Below, piece after piece: positions 30,386 through 41,885 of a stretch of DNA of 64,000 nucleotides. Position 1 is the first letter of the stretch. Every line of letters begins with the position of its first letter. The notes under the pieces were generated by a model. It ran no database searches and had not been told where the DNA came from. It saw nothing but the letters and a program-made list of their open reading frames with translations. The position numbers and the translations under genes are program-made. The stretch comes from an uncultured Gemmatimonadaceae bacterium (GTDB taxonomy: Bacteria > Gemmatimonadota > Gemmatimonadetes > Gemmatimonadales > Gemmatimonadaceae), in contig CAWHAS010000002.1 of assembly GCA_963827355.1 (NCBI GenBank), positions 63,493 to 127,492 on the forward strand. Reading direction: 5' to 3'.

Positions 30386-32004
30386 CCTTCGCCAACGGAA
30401 GGAAGATCGGCGAGTACGGGACCGAGCACGGGGAGCGGCTCGTACCACACGCGACGGAGTCCGAGATCCACGTTCGCGAAGGTGACACCGCGCACGTGTC
30501 CGCGCCCCGCGATCTCGGCCGCGCGCCCATGCACCCACGCGGCACACGCGCCCGCAATGCGCGCGTCGCCCATTTGCGCGAGGAGCGTACCCGCGATCCC
30601 CGAAAGCAGGTCGCCACTGCCAGCCGCGGCGAGCACTGGCGTCCCCGCACAGCTCACGAGGCGCTCGCCCGCGGAATTCGAGATCACCGTCGGCACGCCC
30701 TTGAGCAGCACGCTGGCGCGCGTGCGCGTCGCGAGCTCCACGCCGATCTCGAAGCGGCGCGCGAGCACCTCATTGATCTGCCCGCCGAACAGTCGCGCGA
30801 ACTCGGCCGGGTGCGGCGTGAGGAGCGCCTGGCGATCGCCGATGAGCGCGCCGAGGTGCTCGGCCTCGCCCGCGAAGGCGTTCAGCGCATCCGCATCGAG
30901 CACGACGGGCCCGCCATAGCCGCGCAACACGCGCTCCACCAGCGCACGCCCGCCGTACGAGGCGCCGAGCCCGGGGCCGATCACCACGGCATCTGCCCAT
31001 TCGGTGATCACGCTTGCCACGTCGGCGTCCGTCTCCGGCCACGCGTGCGCAGGCGCCTCGGGGACCGCGGCCTGTACGACGGGCAGATTTTCGCGCGCGA
31101 CCACGAGCCGCACCATCCCGATCCCGCTGCGCATCGCCGCGCGCGCGGCGAGCATCGGCGCGCCGGCCATCCCGAGCTGTCCGCCGATGACGATGAGCTT
31201 GCGGCGCGTCCCTTTGTGCGCGTCGGCGTGGATCGGAGGCACGTGTGCGCGCACCCACTGCGCGTCGACGAGCAGCGGCATGCGGTCGTCCGGCGACGGC
31301 GCTCCAAGCCCGATGCCGACGACGAGAATGCGTCCGGTGTTGCCGCGCGCGATTGCGAGCCCGCGCTTGAGCGTTCCGAACGTGACCGTGAGATCCGCGA
31401 GAACGGCGTCGCTCGCGATGCCGGTGTCGGCATCGACACCGCTCGGAATGTCGAGCGCCACCACCGCCGCGCCGCGCTCGCGCGCCCGAGCGATGTGTGC
31501 GATGCATTCCGCGATGTCTCCCCGTGGCGCCCCCTTCGCGCCGACGCCGAGCAGCGCGTCAACGACGACGCGCGCCTCGGACGACTCGCCGAGCGTCACA
31601 TCGGGCAGCGCGAGCTCGCGCTCAGCCCTCGCCTCCTCGCTTCGCGCCTCTCCCGCCTCGTGCACGAACACGCGAACGCCGTACCGCACGAGCGCGCGCG
31701 CCACGACCCATCCATCGCCGCCGTTGTTGCCGGGTCCTACGTACACGTTCACCTCGGCGTCGACGACGTTCGGATACACGCGCACAATCGCCGCCGCCGC
31801 GCCCAGCCCCGCGTGTTTCATCAGTGTGCGTGCCGGCGTCCCCACGCTGATCGCGCGCGCGTCGAGCGCGGCCGCTTCCGCCGCCGTCGTCACGCGCACG
31901 AGTGTTGCCTTGGTCAACGCGCGAGCTGCCGCTCGTACCGGCAACGAAAGGCGGCGGCCTTGTGGGCCGCCGCCGCTGACGGTGCGTTCGGTACGATCGT
32001 TCAT
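30382..32004 (-). CDS. nnr: Bifunctional NAD(P)H-hydrate repair enzyme (epimerase / ADP-dependent dehydratase, YjeF)
   Basis: The N-terminal domain contains VYVGPGNNGGDGWVVA. The C-terminal carbohydrate-kinase domain contains AAAGSGDLLSGIAG. ATG 32004 overlaps the stop of the upstream small ORF (ATGA). Confidence 0.85.
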   Translation of the reverse strand: MNDRTERTVSGGGPQGRRLSLPVRAAARALTKATLVRVTTAAEAAALDARAISVGTPARTLMKHAGLGAAAAIVRVYPNVVDAEVNVYVGPGNNGGDGWVVARALVRYGVRVFVHEAGEARSEEARAERELALPDVTLGESSEARVVVDALLGVGAKGAPRGDIAECIAHIARARERGAAVVALDIPSGVDADTGIASDAVLADLTVTFGTLKRGLAIARGNTGRILVVGIGLGAPSPDDRMPLLVDAQWVRAHVPPIHADAHKGTRRKLIVIGGQLGMAGAPMLAARAAMRSGIGMVRLVVARENLPVVQAAVPEAPAHAWPETDADVASVITEWADAVVIGPGLGASYGGRALVERVLRGYGGPVVLDADALNAFAGEAEHLGALIGDRQALLTPHPAEFARLFGGQINEVLARRFEIGVELATRTRASVLLKGVPTVISNSAGERLVSCAGTPVLAAAGSGDLLSGIAGTLLAQMGDARIAGACAAWVHGRAAEIAGRGHVRGVTFANVDLGLRRVWYEPLPVLGPVLADLPSVGEG

Positions 32005-32195
32005 TTGTGCGATTGAGTGACCGTGCGACCGAAGCTGATCTCGCCGTTGTCGATGCGGATGTTGAAGCCGCATTCGGGATTGCTGCACACCCACGCCTTG
32101 TACGTGATCGGCGCGCCCTCCCGCCCGTAGTCGCTCAGCGGAAGCATTGCACCCTTACCGCATTTTCGGCACTCCGGAAGCGCATTGCTCTCCAT
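32001..32195 (-). CDS. Small zinc-ribbon protein (64 aa)
   Basis: Two Cys pairs: LPECRKCGKG ... WVCSNPECGF. It is translationally coupled to nnr. Confidence 0.5.
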   Translation of the reverse strand: MESNALPECRKCGKGAMLPLSDYGREGAPITYKAWVCSNPECGFNIRIDNGEISFGRTVTQSHK

Positions 32196-32227
32196 GCCGC
32201 CACCTCCACCGCTTCACCCGCCCCAGC

Positions 32228-32674
32228 TCACACCAGAGCCGCCGCGTTCCATGGATACTCGTGCTCGAACGCGCGATCGAAGTTGTAGACTCCGATGAAA
32301 TCGGCGCGGTTGTCCGTGGGCTGGCTGATCAGATAGCCCAGGTCCACGAGCACGAACACGATGTCGCCGATGTCAGAGGTTGCGCGCACACCCCAGTGCT
32401 CGAGCACGACTTGCGCCATGACGCCGTACATTTGCAGCGCGAGATCACGACACGAAAACGCGAGCTCGCGACCCGTGATGTGGCGACGCTCCGCCAGATG
32501 CGTTTGCGAGTACTCGAGCGCCTTCAGCACGAAGAGATACGCGTCTTCCTCGAAGCGCGTTTCCTTCGTGCGAATGCGATCCATGATCCCGTCTCGAAAA
32601 CGCTCCAGCAGCAACAGCAGGTCCTCCAGTGGATGTGCGAGCCGGGAGCAGCGCGCTCCCGCCGTGAGGCACAA
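32228..32674 (-). CDS. Minf_1886-like (TIGR04138-type) conserved hypothetical protein
   Basis: FEEDAYLFVLKALEYSQ..RHITGRELAFSCRDLALQMYGVMAQVVLEHWGVRATSDIGDIVFVLVDLGYLS..DFIGVYNFDRAF matches my memory of that family. The start is uncertain (32674 or ATG 32584). Confidence 0.5.
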   Translation of the reverse strand: MCLTAGARCSRLAHPLEDLLLLLERFRDGIMDRIRTKETRFEEDAYLFVLKALEYSQTHLAERRHITGRELAFSCRDLALQMYGVMAQVVLEHWGVRATSDIGDIVFVLVDLGYLISQPTDNRADFIGVYNFDRAFEHEYPWNAAALV

Positions 32675-32695
32675 GATGAGAAGCAGAACTGCGTT

Positions 32696-33988
32696 TTACA
32701 ACCGCCCCGCCCCCTCCTCAGCCACAGTATAGAGCGGAAACGCATTCGCAAGCTCTTTCACTTCGTGCTTGATCTTCGCGAGCGTTACGGCGTCCTCCGG
32801 CGCCGCGAGCGCCCGGTCGATGAAGGTGGCGATGCGCCCCATCTCCTCTTCCTTCATGCCGCGAGTGGTAACGGCAGGTGTGCCGATGCGCACGCCGCTC
32901 GTGACGAACGGAGACTGCGTCTCCTTTGGCACCGTGTTCTTGTTCACCGTGATCCCCGCATCGCCCAACACCTTCTCGGCCACCTTTCCCGTGACTCCCT
33001 TGTTGCGAAGATCGACGAGCATCAGATGATTATCGGTACCGCCGGACACAATCTGAAATCCAAGCCCGGTTAGTGCCGCCGAGAGGGCCTGCGCGTTCTT
33101 GATGATCTGACCGCAGTACACCTTGAAGTCCGGCTGGAGCGCCTCGCGGAACGAGACCGCCTTGGCGGCGATCACGTGCATGAGCGGTCCGCCCTGCGTT
33201 CCGGGGAACACCGCCTTGTCGACGGCCTTCGCGTACTGCTCCTTACAGAGGATCATGCCGCCGCGAGGCCCGCGCAGAGTCTTGTGCGTGGTCGTGGTGA
33301 CGACATCGGCGAGCGGAATGGGCGACGGGTGATAGCCCGTGGCGACGAGCCCCGCGAAGTGAGCCATGTCCACCATGAACAGCGCGCCGATCTCCTTCGC
33401 CACCTCGGCGAATGGCGCGAAGTCGATGATGCGAGCGTACGCGCTGGCGCCGGCAATGATCATCTTCGGCCGCTCCTTCCGCGCGATCTCCTGCATGCGG
33501 TCGTAGTCGATGATCCCGTTGTCGTTCACGCCGTAGTGGAGCGCCTTGTAGAGGAGCCCCGAAAAATTCACGGGGGATCCGTGCGTCAGGTGTCCGCCCT
33601 GCGAGAGATCGAGGCCGAGGATCACGTCGCCGGGCTTGAGGAAGGCGAGCATCACTGCGGCGTTGGCCTGCGCGCCGGAGTGCGGCTGCACGTTCGCGTG
33701 ATCGGCGCCGAAGAGCTCCTTCGCGCGCGCGATCGCGAGATTCTCCGCGACGTCCACGACTTCGCAGCCGCCGTAGTACCTCTTGCCTGGCAGTCCTTCC
33801 GCGTACTTGTTCGTGAGCGGCGAACCCATCGCCTCCATCACCGCGGGCGACACGAAGTTCTCGCTGGCGATGAGCTCGAGTCCCTCGCCCTGCCGCAGAA
33901 TCTCGTCTTCGATGACCTTCGCGATCTCCGGATCGGCTTCACGGAGCTTTGCGCCGGGCGGCCGGCATTCCCAATCGGTCCAGAGCAT
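32696..33988 (-). CDS. glyA: Serine hydroxymethyltransferase
   Basis: [38 protein letters not shown], and the PLP-lysine block [16 protein letters not shown]. Intact, 430 aa. Confidence 0.95.
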   Translation of the reverse strand: MLWTDWECRPPGAKLREADPEIAKVIEDEILRQGEGLELIASENFVSPAVMEAMGSPLTNKYAEGLPGKRYYGGCEVVDVAENLAIARAKELFGADHANVQPHSGAQANAAVMLAFLKPGDVILGLDLSQGGHLTHGSPVNFSGLLYKALHYGVNDNGIIDYDRMQEIARKERPKMIIAGASAYARIIDFAPFAEVAKEIGALFMVDMAHFAGLVATGYHPSPIPLADVVTTTTHKTLRGPRGGMILCKEQYAKAVDKAVFPGTQGGPLMHVIAAKAVSFREALQPDFKVYCGQIIKNAQALSAALTGLGFQIVSGGTDNHLMLVDLRNKGVTGKVAEKVLGDAGITVNKNTVPKETQSPFVTSGVRIGTPAVTTRGMKEEEMGRIATFIDRALAAPEDAVTLAKIKHEVKELANAFPLYTVAEEGAGRL

Positions 33989-34019
33989 CGGAGTGTCGAG
34001 AGTTGAGGTTCTCGCTAGG

Positions 34020-35135
34020 TTAACGGTTCGGCCACTGCGGCCAAGTCTTCACCAGCGATCCAACGGCCTTGACTCTCCGTTCGGCCAGGCGATCGGCTGC
34101 CTCGTAGGTCGGGATGCCGTCGCTCTTCGCGATTTCAAAGACGCCGAGAATCGTGTGATAGATCTCGTCCGCCTTGCGAAGCGCGCGCTGCGCATCCCAT
34201 CCGGCGAGCTCCGAGTAGACGTTGATCACGCCGCCCGCATTCGCGACGTAGTCCGGTGCATAAAGAATGTTGCGCTCCTCGAGCGCATCGCCGTGCCGCG
34301 GCTCCAGGAGCTGATTGTTCGCCGCGCCCGCGACGATCTCCACCTTGAGCTGCGGAATCGTATTGTCGTTGATGATCGCGCCGAGCGCGCACGGGGCGAA
34401 GATGTCGGCCTTGACGCCGTAGATCTCGCCGGGCTCCACGGCCTTCGCGCCGAGCTCCTCCACCACGTCGCGCACGCGTTCCGCATCGATGTCGGTGACG
34501 ATCAGCTTGGCGCCTGCATCCGAGAGCTCGCGCGCGAGATACATCCCGACGTGTCCACACCCCTGAATTGCGACCGTCCTTCCTTCGAGCGAGTCCGAGC
34601 CCCAGTGATAGTGCGCGGACGCCTGGATCGCGCGAAACACTCCGTGCGCGGTCACCGGCGACGGATCGCCCGACTTGCCGGCAAGTCCGGCGACGTAATC
34701 CGTCTCCATGTGCACGAGATCCATGTCGCTCGTGCTCGTGCCGACATCCTCGGCCGTGACATAGCGCCCACCGAGGCTCTCCACGAAGCGCCCGTGCGCG
34801 CGGAAGATCATTTCGCGATTCGTCGTGCGGTTGTCGCCGATGATCACGGATTTGCCGCCACCGAGATTCAATCCGGCGACCGCGTTCTTGTAGGTCATTC
34901 CGCGCGCGAGACGCAGCGCGTCGATGATCGCCTCCTCGTCGCTCGCGTAGCTCCAAAAGCGCGTGCCGCCGAGCGCGGGACCAAGCGTGGTGGAGTGAAC
35001 AGCGATGATTCCACGGTAGCTGGCCGACGGATCGCTGCTGAGAACGAGCTGCTCGTGCCCCATCTGGGCGAGCCGGTCGAAGAGGCTCGACGTGGAAGGG
35101 GTGGTAGCGTTGGCGAACGTGGCGGTGGCAGTCAT
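34020..35135 (-). CDS. Leucine (Leu/Phe/Val) dehydrogenase
   Basis: Glu/Leu/Phe/Val dehydrogenase family: [11 protein letters not shown].., catalytic [14 protein letters not shown], and the Rossmann motif [10 protein letters not shown]. Confidence 0.8.
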   Translation of the reverse strand: MTATATFANATTPSTSSLFDRLAQMGHEQLVLSSDPSASYRGIIAVHSTTLGPALGGTRFWSYASDEEAIIDALRLARGMTYKNAVAGLNLGGGKSVIIGDNRTTNREMIFRAHGRFVESLGGRYVTAEDVGTSTSDMDLVHMETDYVAGLAGKSGDPSPVTAHGVFRAIQASAHYHWGSDSLEGRTVAIQGCGHVGMYLARELSDAGAKLIVTDIDAERVRDVVEELGAKAVEPGEIYGVKADIFAPCALGAIINDNTIPQLKVEIVAGAANNQLLEPRHGDALEERNILYAPDYVANAGGVINVYSELAGWDAQRALRKADEIYHTILGVFEIAKSDGIPTYEAADRLAERRVKAVGSLVKTWPQWPNR

Positions 35136-35166
35136 ATAGGTATGGAGTAGGCGAGGTTCTCGTGCG

Positions 35167-36333
35167 TCACGGACTGCGCGAGTACAGCTCTCGCGCGATC
35201 ACGATTCGTTGAATCTCCGATGTTCCTTCGTAGATCTCGGTCACTTTCGCGTCTCTGAATAGACGTTCGACGGGATATTCCTTTACATATCCATATCCGC
35301 CGAAGATCTGAATGGCCTGCGTCGTTACCCACATGGCCGTTTCGCTGGCGAACAACTTGCTCATGCTGCTGTACTGGGTGATCTGCTCGCCGCGATCCTT
35401 GGCCGCTGCTGCCTGATATAGCAACGCGCGGGCCGCGGCGATCCGGGTGGCCATATCGGCCAGCTTGAACTGGATCGCCTCGAATTCCTTGATCGGCTTG
35501 CCGAACTGGCGACGCTCTCCGGCGTAGATGGTGGCATGCTCGAGCGCGCAGCGCGCGATTCCAATGGCCTGTGCTGCGATTCCGAGACGCCCGTTGTCGA
35601 GCGACTGCATCGCCATCGTGAAGCCTGCGCCCTCCCGGCCCAGGAGGTTGTCGGCAGGAACACGGAGATTAGAGAAGTCGAGTTGGACCGTGGGAGAGGC
35701 GCGGAGCCCCATCTTGTCTTCTTTCTTTCCAACCCTGAAGCCGGGGAGGTCCGGCGTCACGACGAACGCGCTGATACCGCGAGGGCCGCGGCGTTCGTTG
35801 GGGTGATCGGTGCGCGCCATGACGATGATGACGTCGGCCTCGCTTCCGCTTGTGACCCACGCCTTCGTGCCGTTGAGCACCCAGCAGTCGCCATCGCGCA
35901 CGGCCTGCGTGGTGAGCGATGCCGCATCGGAGCCGGCTTCCGGCTCCGAGAGCGCGAACGCGCCGAGCAGCTCGCCGCGAGCCATCGGCGCGAGAAACCT
36001 CTCCTTCTGCGCGGGAGTGCCCCACCTGAGCAGCATCTGCGTGGGAAGCGAGTTGTGGACGCTCATCGCGACCGCGATCAATGCGTCGGACGCCGCGATC
36101 TCCTCGAGCGCGATGAGGTACGTCGTCGTCGGAAGCCCGAGACCGCCGAATTCCTCGGGGAGCATCATGCCAAGCAACCCGAGCTCTCCCATTTTCGCGA
36201 TGACCGTTCGATCGAAATACGAATCGCGGTCCCAGGCGGCGGAGTGCGGCGCGATCTCGGCCGTCGCGAACTCGCGTGCGGTGCGCTGAATCTCGCGCTG
36301 CTCCTCGGTGAGTGGAATCAGCGCCCAGGACAT
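35167..36333 (-). CDS. Acyl-CoA dehydrogenase (short/branched-chain type)
   Basis: [16 protein letters not shown].., [10 protein letters not shown], and the C-terminal [24 protein letters not shown]. Intact, 388 aa. Confidence 0.9.
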   Translation of the reverse strand: MSWALIPLTEEQREIQRTAREFATAEIAPHSAAWDRDSYFDRTVIAKMGELGLLGMMLPEEFGGLGLPTTTYLIALEEIAASDALIAVAMSVHNSLPTQMLLRWGTPAQKERFLAPMARGELLGAFALSEPEAGSDAASLTTQAVRDGDCWVLNGTKAWVTSGSEADVIIVMARTDHPNERRGPRGISAFVVTPDLPGFRVGKKEDKMGLRASPTVQLDFSNLRVPADNLLGREGAGFTMAMQSLDNGRLGIAAQAIGIARCALEHATIYAGERRQFGKPIKEFEAIQFKLADMATRIAAARALLYQAAAAKDRGEQITQYSSMSKLFASETAMWVTTQAIQIFGGYGYVKEYPVERLFRDAKVTEIYEGTSEIQRIVIARELYSRSP

Positions 36334-36372
36334 GGCTCTCCCGTGCCAGGTGAGTGAAGCTGCGTGCGTACG

Positions 36373-37221
36373 TCAGGAATATTCGTAAAACCCCCGGCCT
36401 GATTTTCTTCCGAGCCATCCCGCCGCAACGTATTTGCGAAGTAGCGGGCACGGACGGTACTTGGGATCGCCGAGCCCGTCCTGCAGGACCTCGAGAATCG
36501 CCATACAAGTGTCGAGTCCAATGAGATCCGCGAGTGCGAGCGGCCCCATCGGGTGGTTCATGCCGAGCTTCATCACCGTATCGATGGATTCGGCGCTTCC
36601 TACTCCTTCCATGAGGCAGAAAATCGCCTCATTGATCATAGGCATGAGCACGCGATTCGACACGAATCCGGGGTAATCATTTACCTCGACTGGCGTTTTG
36701 CCGACCGAACGCGCGAGCTCGACCACGCGCGAGGTGGTCTCGTCAGAAGTAGCGAGGCCGCGGATGACCTCGACGAGCTGCATCACCGGCACCGGATTCA
36801 TGAAGTGCATCCCGATTACCTGGGCCGGCCGTTTCGTGCGGGCCGCCAGCTCGGTGATAGAAATGGAGCTCGTGTTCGATGCGAGAATGGCGGACGGATT
36901 CGCGACGCGATCGAGATCCGCGAACAGCGCGAACTTGAGCTCCGCCTTCTCGGTCGCGGCTTCGACGATGAGCGCCGCGTCGCCGGCGCTCTGCAGACTC
37001 TCGTTCGTCGAGATTCGTGTGAGCGCGGCGTCGCGCGCGTCCGCGCTGAGGATCTTCTTCTCTACCTGGCGCGTGAGATTCTTCTCGATCGTCGCGCGCG
37101 CGCGATCGAGCGCGCCGCGCGCGACGTCGACCATCGTCACGTCGAAGCCGGCCACCGCGAAGACGTGCGCGATGCCGTTGCCCATTTGCCCCGATCCGAC
37201 CACCGCGATCTTTTCGCTCAT
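36373..37221 (-). CDS. hbd: 3-hydroxybutyryl-CoA dehydrogenase
   Basis: [22 protein letters not shown].., SNTSSISIT, and [20 protein letters not shown] 37221 overlaps the stop of the upstream CPBP gene (ATGA). The 700-aa ORF in the track is read-through of upstream out-of-frame sequence. Confidence 0.9.
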   Translation of the reverse strand: MSEKIAVVGSGQMGNGIAHVFAVAGFDVTMVDVARGALDRARATIEKNLTRQVEKKILSADARDAALTRISTNESLQSAGDAALIVEAATEKAELKFALFADLDRVANPSAILASNTSSISITELAARTKRPAQVIGMHFMNPVPVMQLVEVIRGLATSDETTSRVVELARSVGKTPVEVNDYPGFVSNRVLMPMINEAIFCLMEGVGSAESIDTVMKLGMNHPMGPLALADLIGLDTCMAILEVLQDGLGDPKYRPCPLLRKYVAAGWLGRKSGRGFYEYS

Positions 37222-38091
37222 GTTACGCTCGCCTTGCGGATCACCCGGCGACGCCATTCGACGAGCAGGGCGACGCCAACCGCCATTCCCGCGACGGCGG
37301 CCGCGCCGCCCTCGGGGCCCCAGGCGCCGCCACTGAGCCACGTTGGGCCGGAACCGTCCACGCGATACGACGAATATGGAAAGCGAATGCCGCTCACTGC
37401 CGAGTGGAGGAGCTCCGCCATCGACCAGTTCCAGGCGAAGTGCGCCATCCACACGGCGTAAAGCGACCGAGTGATCACGAGGATCGCGGCGAGGAACGCG
37501 CCGGCGAGGATCACGATGCTCACCGACTGCGTGGTCGCGCCCGGATTGAGCCAGTGCTGCAGTCCGAAGCCAATACTGGTGATCGCGAGCGCGCCTGTGG
37601 CGCCGACGCCATCGCGGAGGGCGGCAAAGAGGTACCCGCGCGCCGTCATCTCCTCGGACAGCGACTGCGGAAGAAACAGAAGTACCCCGCCTGCCGCCAA
37701 CGCGAGCCAGCCGTGTCGCCCCTGGAGGCCGGTGACGAGCGGTGAGATCGTGCGCGAGCAGCAGGCCGCCGGATGGAATCATGATGCAGAGCACGCCGAG
37801 AGCGAGCCCGATGGCGATGAGCCGCGCCGTGAACTGCTCTCGCCCCAAGCCGACGTACGACCACGGCGCGTGATCGACCCACCGAAGCATGACGTAGTGC
37901 GCGAGCCAGGCATCGACCAGCAGGAGTACATACGTCTCGATCTCGAGCGCCGCGTGGTCCTCGGGACGGACGTACGCCGTGAATATTGCCGAGGCCGTGT
38001 TGAAGATGAGAAGCAGACCGACGAACATCAGCACGCGCCATCCGGCGCGCGCCTTCCCCTCGGCGCCGAAGAAAATTTCGCGAACGCTCAA
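37218..38091 (-). CDS. CPBP-family (CAAX/Abi) intramembrane metalloprotease, frame broken once
   Basis: Motifs: [11 protein letters not shown] (EExxxR), FGLQHW (FxxxH), HFAWNW (HxxxN). The N-terminal helices are in the frame of ORF 36373..38475 ([27 protein letters not shown]..), with the shift near 37700-37750. The candidate TTG start at 38091 overlaps the bioY stop (TTGA). Confidence 0.65.
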
Positions 38092-38639
38092 GTGGAGGCG
38101 CGAGGCGCACGGGTTGGAGAGACGATCGCCGCAACCGCCACCTTGCAGAGATCCGCGAGAATGAACGGCGCGGTGCCCATTGCCGTAGCGCGCTCGAGGC
38201 TTCCGGTGAGCAGCGCGAGCTGGGCGACGCCGCCCAGGTAGAGCGTCGCGATGCCGAGGAACGCGGCGAGCAGCCGTCCGCCGAACGCGGGGAAGCGGCG
38301 CGCCATGAGCCCCGCAATCGCCGCGGCGGCTGGCGCCGCGAGCAGATAGCCGCCCGTGGGGCCGATGAGCCGCAGCACGCCCGGCGCGCCGATCGGGGCG
38401 AACACAGGAAGCCCAAGAATGCCGGCGAAGAGATAGAGTACCATGCTCACCGCTCCGGCCACCGGGCCGAGGCACATGCCCGCGAGCACCACCGCGAGCG
38501 GTTGCAGCGTGAAGGGTACTGGCGTTCCCGGAATCGGAATCGCGATCTGCGCGGCCAGCGCCATCGTGGCTGCGAATCCGATCACGCCGACGACGGTAAG
38601 CTGGCGATCGCGCGCTGCCACGGACGTCTGAGTCGTCAT
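38088..38639 (-). CDS. bioY: Biotin transporter BioY
   Basis: [68 protein letters not shown]..: a typical BioY with six helices. ATG 38639 overlaps the thiolase stop (ATGA). Confidence 0.8.
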   Translation of the reverse strand: MTTQTSVAARDRQLTVVGVIGFAATMALAAQIAIPIPGTPVPFTLQPLAVVLAGMCLGPVAGAVSMVLYLFAGILGLPVFAPIGAPGVLRLIGPTGGYLLAAPAAAAIAGLMARRFPAFGGRLLAAFLGIATLYLGGVAQLALLTGSLERATAMGTAPFILADLCKVAVAAIVSPTRAPRAST

Positions 38640-39857
38640 GACATTCTCTCCACGCTCAATGCGACAGCGTTTCCGCCGCCTAGACAAAGTGTCGCGAGCC
38701 CCGTGTGAGCGTCGCGATCCCGCATGGCATACAGCAACGTCGTCAGCACGCGCGCGCCGCTCGCGCCAATCGGATGGCCGATCGCGATGGCGCCGCCGTT
38801 CACATTGACGCGATCCCAGTCCCAGCCGAGTGCCGCTCCATCCGCCAGCGCCTGCGATGCGAATGCCTCGTTCGCCTCGATGAGATCGTAGTCTCCGATC
38901 TTCGTGTTCGTCTTCTTCAGGAGATTCTGAACCGCTACGATCGGCGCGAAGAACAGGTCGCGCGGCTCGCCGCCTCCGGTCGCGTAGCCGGTGATCTTCG
39001 CGAGCACCGCGAGCCCGTGCGCCTTCGCGAAGGCGAGGCTCGTCACCACCAGCGCCGCACCACCGTCGTTGAGCCCCGGGGCGTTCCCCGCGGTCACAGT
39101 CAGCTCGCTCGCCGACATGTCCTTGGGCGCATCGTTCGGAAACGCGGGACGCAAGCTTGGCGAGCTGCTCGAGCGACGTGTCGCGACGCGGCGACTCGTC
39201 CGTGCTGATCACCGTCGGCCCCTTCTTTCCCGGAATCTCCACCGGCGCGATCTCATCGCTGAAGCGTCCCGCATCGATCGCGGCGATCGCCTTGCGATGC
39301 GATTCGAGCGCGAACAGATCCTGCTGCTCGCGCGTGATCCCCGCCTTTTTCGCCGTATACTCGGCGTGGCCTCCCATGTGCACGTCGCAGAAGGAGCACC
39401 AGAGACCATCCTTGATGAGCCCATCGGCCAGGGTCTGGTCGCCGAATTTCACGCCGCCGCGCAATCCGTATGCATAGAAGGGCGCGTTCGACATCGACTC
39501 CATTCCGCCCGCGACGACTGCGCTCACGTCGCCCGCGCGAATGCTCTGCGCCGCGAGCATCACGGCCTTGAGCCCAGAGCCGCACACCATGTTCACGGTG
39601 AGCGCCGGCACGGTTCCCGGAACTCCCGCGGCGATCGCGGCCTGGCGGGCAGGAGCCTGCCCCACCCCGCCCTGGAGCACGTTGCCGAGAATCACGTCTT
39701 CGACAAGCGAGACGTCGATCCCGGCGCGCGCGATGGCCGCGCGAATCGCCACGGCTCCCAACTCCGGGGCGCGCAGCGGCGCAAGCCCGCCAAGGAAGCG
39801 GCCGACGGGCGTGCGGGCAGCCGAAACGATTACCGGGGTGCGGTCCGAGCCTTCCAT
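38636..39857 (-). CDS. Acetyl-CoA C-acetyltransferase (thiolase), frame broken once
   Basis: The N-terminal part (in ORF 38088..39857) reads [28 protein letters not shown]. The C-terminal part (ORF 38636..39154) reads [32 protein letters not shown]. The shift is near 39130-39150. Confidence 0.9.
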
Positions 39858-39911
39858 TCAGAGTTCCGCGAGCGGGTGAGGCGGGCCGGCGAACGCCGGC
39901 CGCCCTCAAAG

Positions 39912-41885
39912 CTACAGCCCGTTCTGCGGTGGTTGTAGTGCGCCGGCGGGTTGCAGCGCGCGCGTCGCGATCTCGGCCCTCAACCGCTCGATCAGCGCGT
40001 CGACCGCGATGATTTCCTGCTTCTTCTCGGAGCCGCGAAAGCGCAGCGCCACCGTCCCCGCCTCGGCCTCGCGCTTCCCGATGATCGCCATGTACGGCAC
40101 CTTCATCTTGGACGCGGTCTTGATGCGCTCGCGATAGTCCTCGCGATTCTCGGCGTCGAAGCCGGCGCGGATCCCGGCGGCCTCCAGCTTCTGCGCGAGC
40201 TCTGCGGCCGCGATGCCGACATCCGGAGTGATCGGAATGACGGAGATCTGCTCCGGCGCGAGCCAGAGCGGGAACGCGCCCGCGTAGTGCTCGATGAGCC
40301 CGCCCACGAACCGCTCCATCGAGCCCACGAGCACGCGATGCAGCATCACGGGACGGTGTGCGCTGTTGTCCGCGCCGATATACTCGAGCTGGAATCGCTC
40401 GGGCAGGTTGAAGTCGAGCTGCACAGTTGGCCCCTGCCACTTGCGTCCGATCGCGTCGATGAGCTTGAAGTCGAGCTTCGGTCCGTAGAACGCGCCGCCG
40501 CCCTCATCGATCGTGAACGTCTGCCCGCGCGCAGTCAGCACGTCCGAGAGCGTTCTGATCGCACGATCCCACGTCTCCACCGTCCCCAGCCCGTTCTCGG
40601 GACGCGTCGCGAGCTCGATGGTGTACGGATAGCCGAAGACGGCGAGCATCTCGTGCACGAGATCGAGCAGCCGCTCGATCTCGACCGGCACCTGCTCGAG
40701 CGTGCAGAAGACGTGCGCGTCATCCTGGGTGAAACCGCGCACGCGCAGCATGCCGTGGAGCACACCGCTCCGCTCGTAGCGGTACACCGTTCCAAACTCG
40801 GCGTAGCGAATGGGGAGATCGCGGTACGAGCGCTGGCGCGACTGGTAGACGACGATGTGCCCCGGGCAATTCATCGGCTTCGGGCGGAAAAACTGCCCCT
40901 CGACATCGATCGGGCCGAACATGTTCTCCTTGAAGGTCTGGAGATGTCCGGAGATCTCGAAGAGCTTCTCGTTCATTATGTGCGGCGTGTAGACAATGTC
41001 GTAGCCGTGGCGGAGGATGAGCTCGCGCTCGAAGTCCTCGATCTCGCGCCGAATGACGCCGCCGTTGGGATGCCAGAGGATCAGTCCGGCCCCCACACGC
41101 GGATCGGTGGAGAAGAGATCGAGCTCCCGGCCCAGCGTGCGATGATCGCGTCGCTTGGCCTCCTCGATGCGATGCAGGTAGGCCGCGAGATCTTCCTTGT
41201 TCCACCAAGCGGTTCCGTAAATGCGCTGGAGCATTTGGCGATGCTCATCGCCGCGCCAGTACGCGCCCGCCGTGTGGAGGAGCTTGAAGTGCTTGATCCG
41301 CGACGTGTCTGGCACGTGCGGCCCGCGACACAGATCAATGAACGGCCCATCCGTGTACGTGGAGATCACCTCATCTTCGCCGAGCTCGGAGAGCCGCTCG
41401 AGCTTCAGCGGATCGTCGATGAATTTCTGCTGGGCGCCCGCGCGATCGACCTCCTCGCGCACGAACGGAAACTTCTCGTTCGCGGCGCGACGCATCTCAT
41501 CCTCGATCTTCGTGAGATCCTCGGGCGTGAACGGCTCGGCGACTTCGAAATCGTAGTAAAAGCCATCCTCGATGGCGGGGCCGAATCCGATCGCGGCCTT
41601 CGGATGCAGGCGACGAACCGCCGTCGCGAGCAGATGCGCGGCCGAGTGGCGAAGGACGTCGAGCGAGCGCTCGTCCTTTTCGGTGAGCACACGGAAGGCG
41701 CCGCTCTCGCGCAGTGGCGTCACGAGATCCTGAACCGAGCCGTTCAGCTCCACGGCCACGGCGGCCCTCAGCAGTCCGGCGCCGATTTCGGCCACCACAT
41801 CGCGCGGAAGCGTACCGTACGCGACCGTGCGCGTAGAACCGTCTGGAAGCGTGAGCGTCAGCTCGTCGGAAAGTCTGTCGATCAT
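39912..41885 (-). CDS. thrS: Threonyl-tRNA synthetase
   Basis: TGS domain (LTLPDGSTRTVAYG), editing-domain HSAAHLLA, class II core (FRPKPMNCPGH, YRYERSGVLHGMLRVRGFTQDDAH) and an anticodon-binding domain. I prefer the start at ATG 41885 (MIDRLSDE..). Intact. Confidence 0.93.
   Translation of the reverse strand: MIDRLSDELTLTLPDGSTRTVAYGTLPRDVVAEIGAGLLRAAVAVELNGSVQDLVTPLRESGAFRVLTEKDERSLDVLRHSAAHLLATAVRRLHPKAAIGFGPAIEDGFYYDFEVAEPFTPEDLTKIEDEMRRAANEKFPFVREEVDRAGAQQKFIDDPLKLERLSELGEDEVISTYTDGPFIDLCRGPHVPDTSRIKHFKLLHTAGAYWRGDEHRQMLQRIYGTAWWNKEDLAAYLHRIEEAKRRDHRTLGRELDLFSTDPRVGAGLILWHPNGGVIRREIEDFERELILRHGYDIVYTPHIMNEKLFEISGHLQTFKENMFGPIDVEGQFFRPKPMNCPGHIVVYQSRQRSYRDLPIRYAEFGTVYRYERSGVLHGMLRVRGFTQDDAHVFCTLEQVPVEIERLLDLVHEMLAVFGYPYTIELATRPENGLGTVETWDRAIRTLSDVLTARGQTFTIDEGGGAFYGPKLDFKLIDAIGRKWQGPTVQLDFNLPERFQLEYIGADNSAHRPVMLHRVLVGSMERFVGGLIEHYAGAFPLWLAPEQISVIPITPDVGIAAAELAQKLEAAGIRAGFDAENREDYRERIKTASKMKVPYMAIIGKREAEAGTVALRFRGSEKKQEIIAVDALIERLRAEIATRALQPAGALQPPQNGL

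Noticed and set aside
36373-38475. 700-aa ORF suggesting a large fusion protein
   Set aside because: Only the last 282 aa (hbd) are protein-like in this frame. The remainder is read-through across the CPBP and bioY genes, which are encoded in other frames of the same strand.
39858-39911. GC-rich hairpin between thrS and the thiolase gene as a terminator
   Set aside because: The stem (GGCCGGCG/CGCCGGCC) leaves only a 2-nt loop and has no U-tract. Support is too weak for a call.
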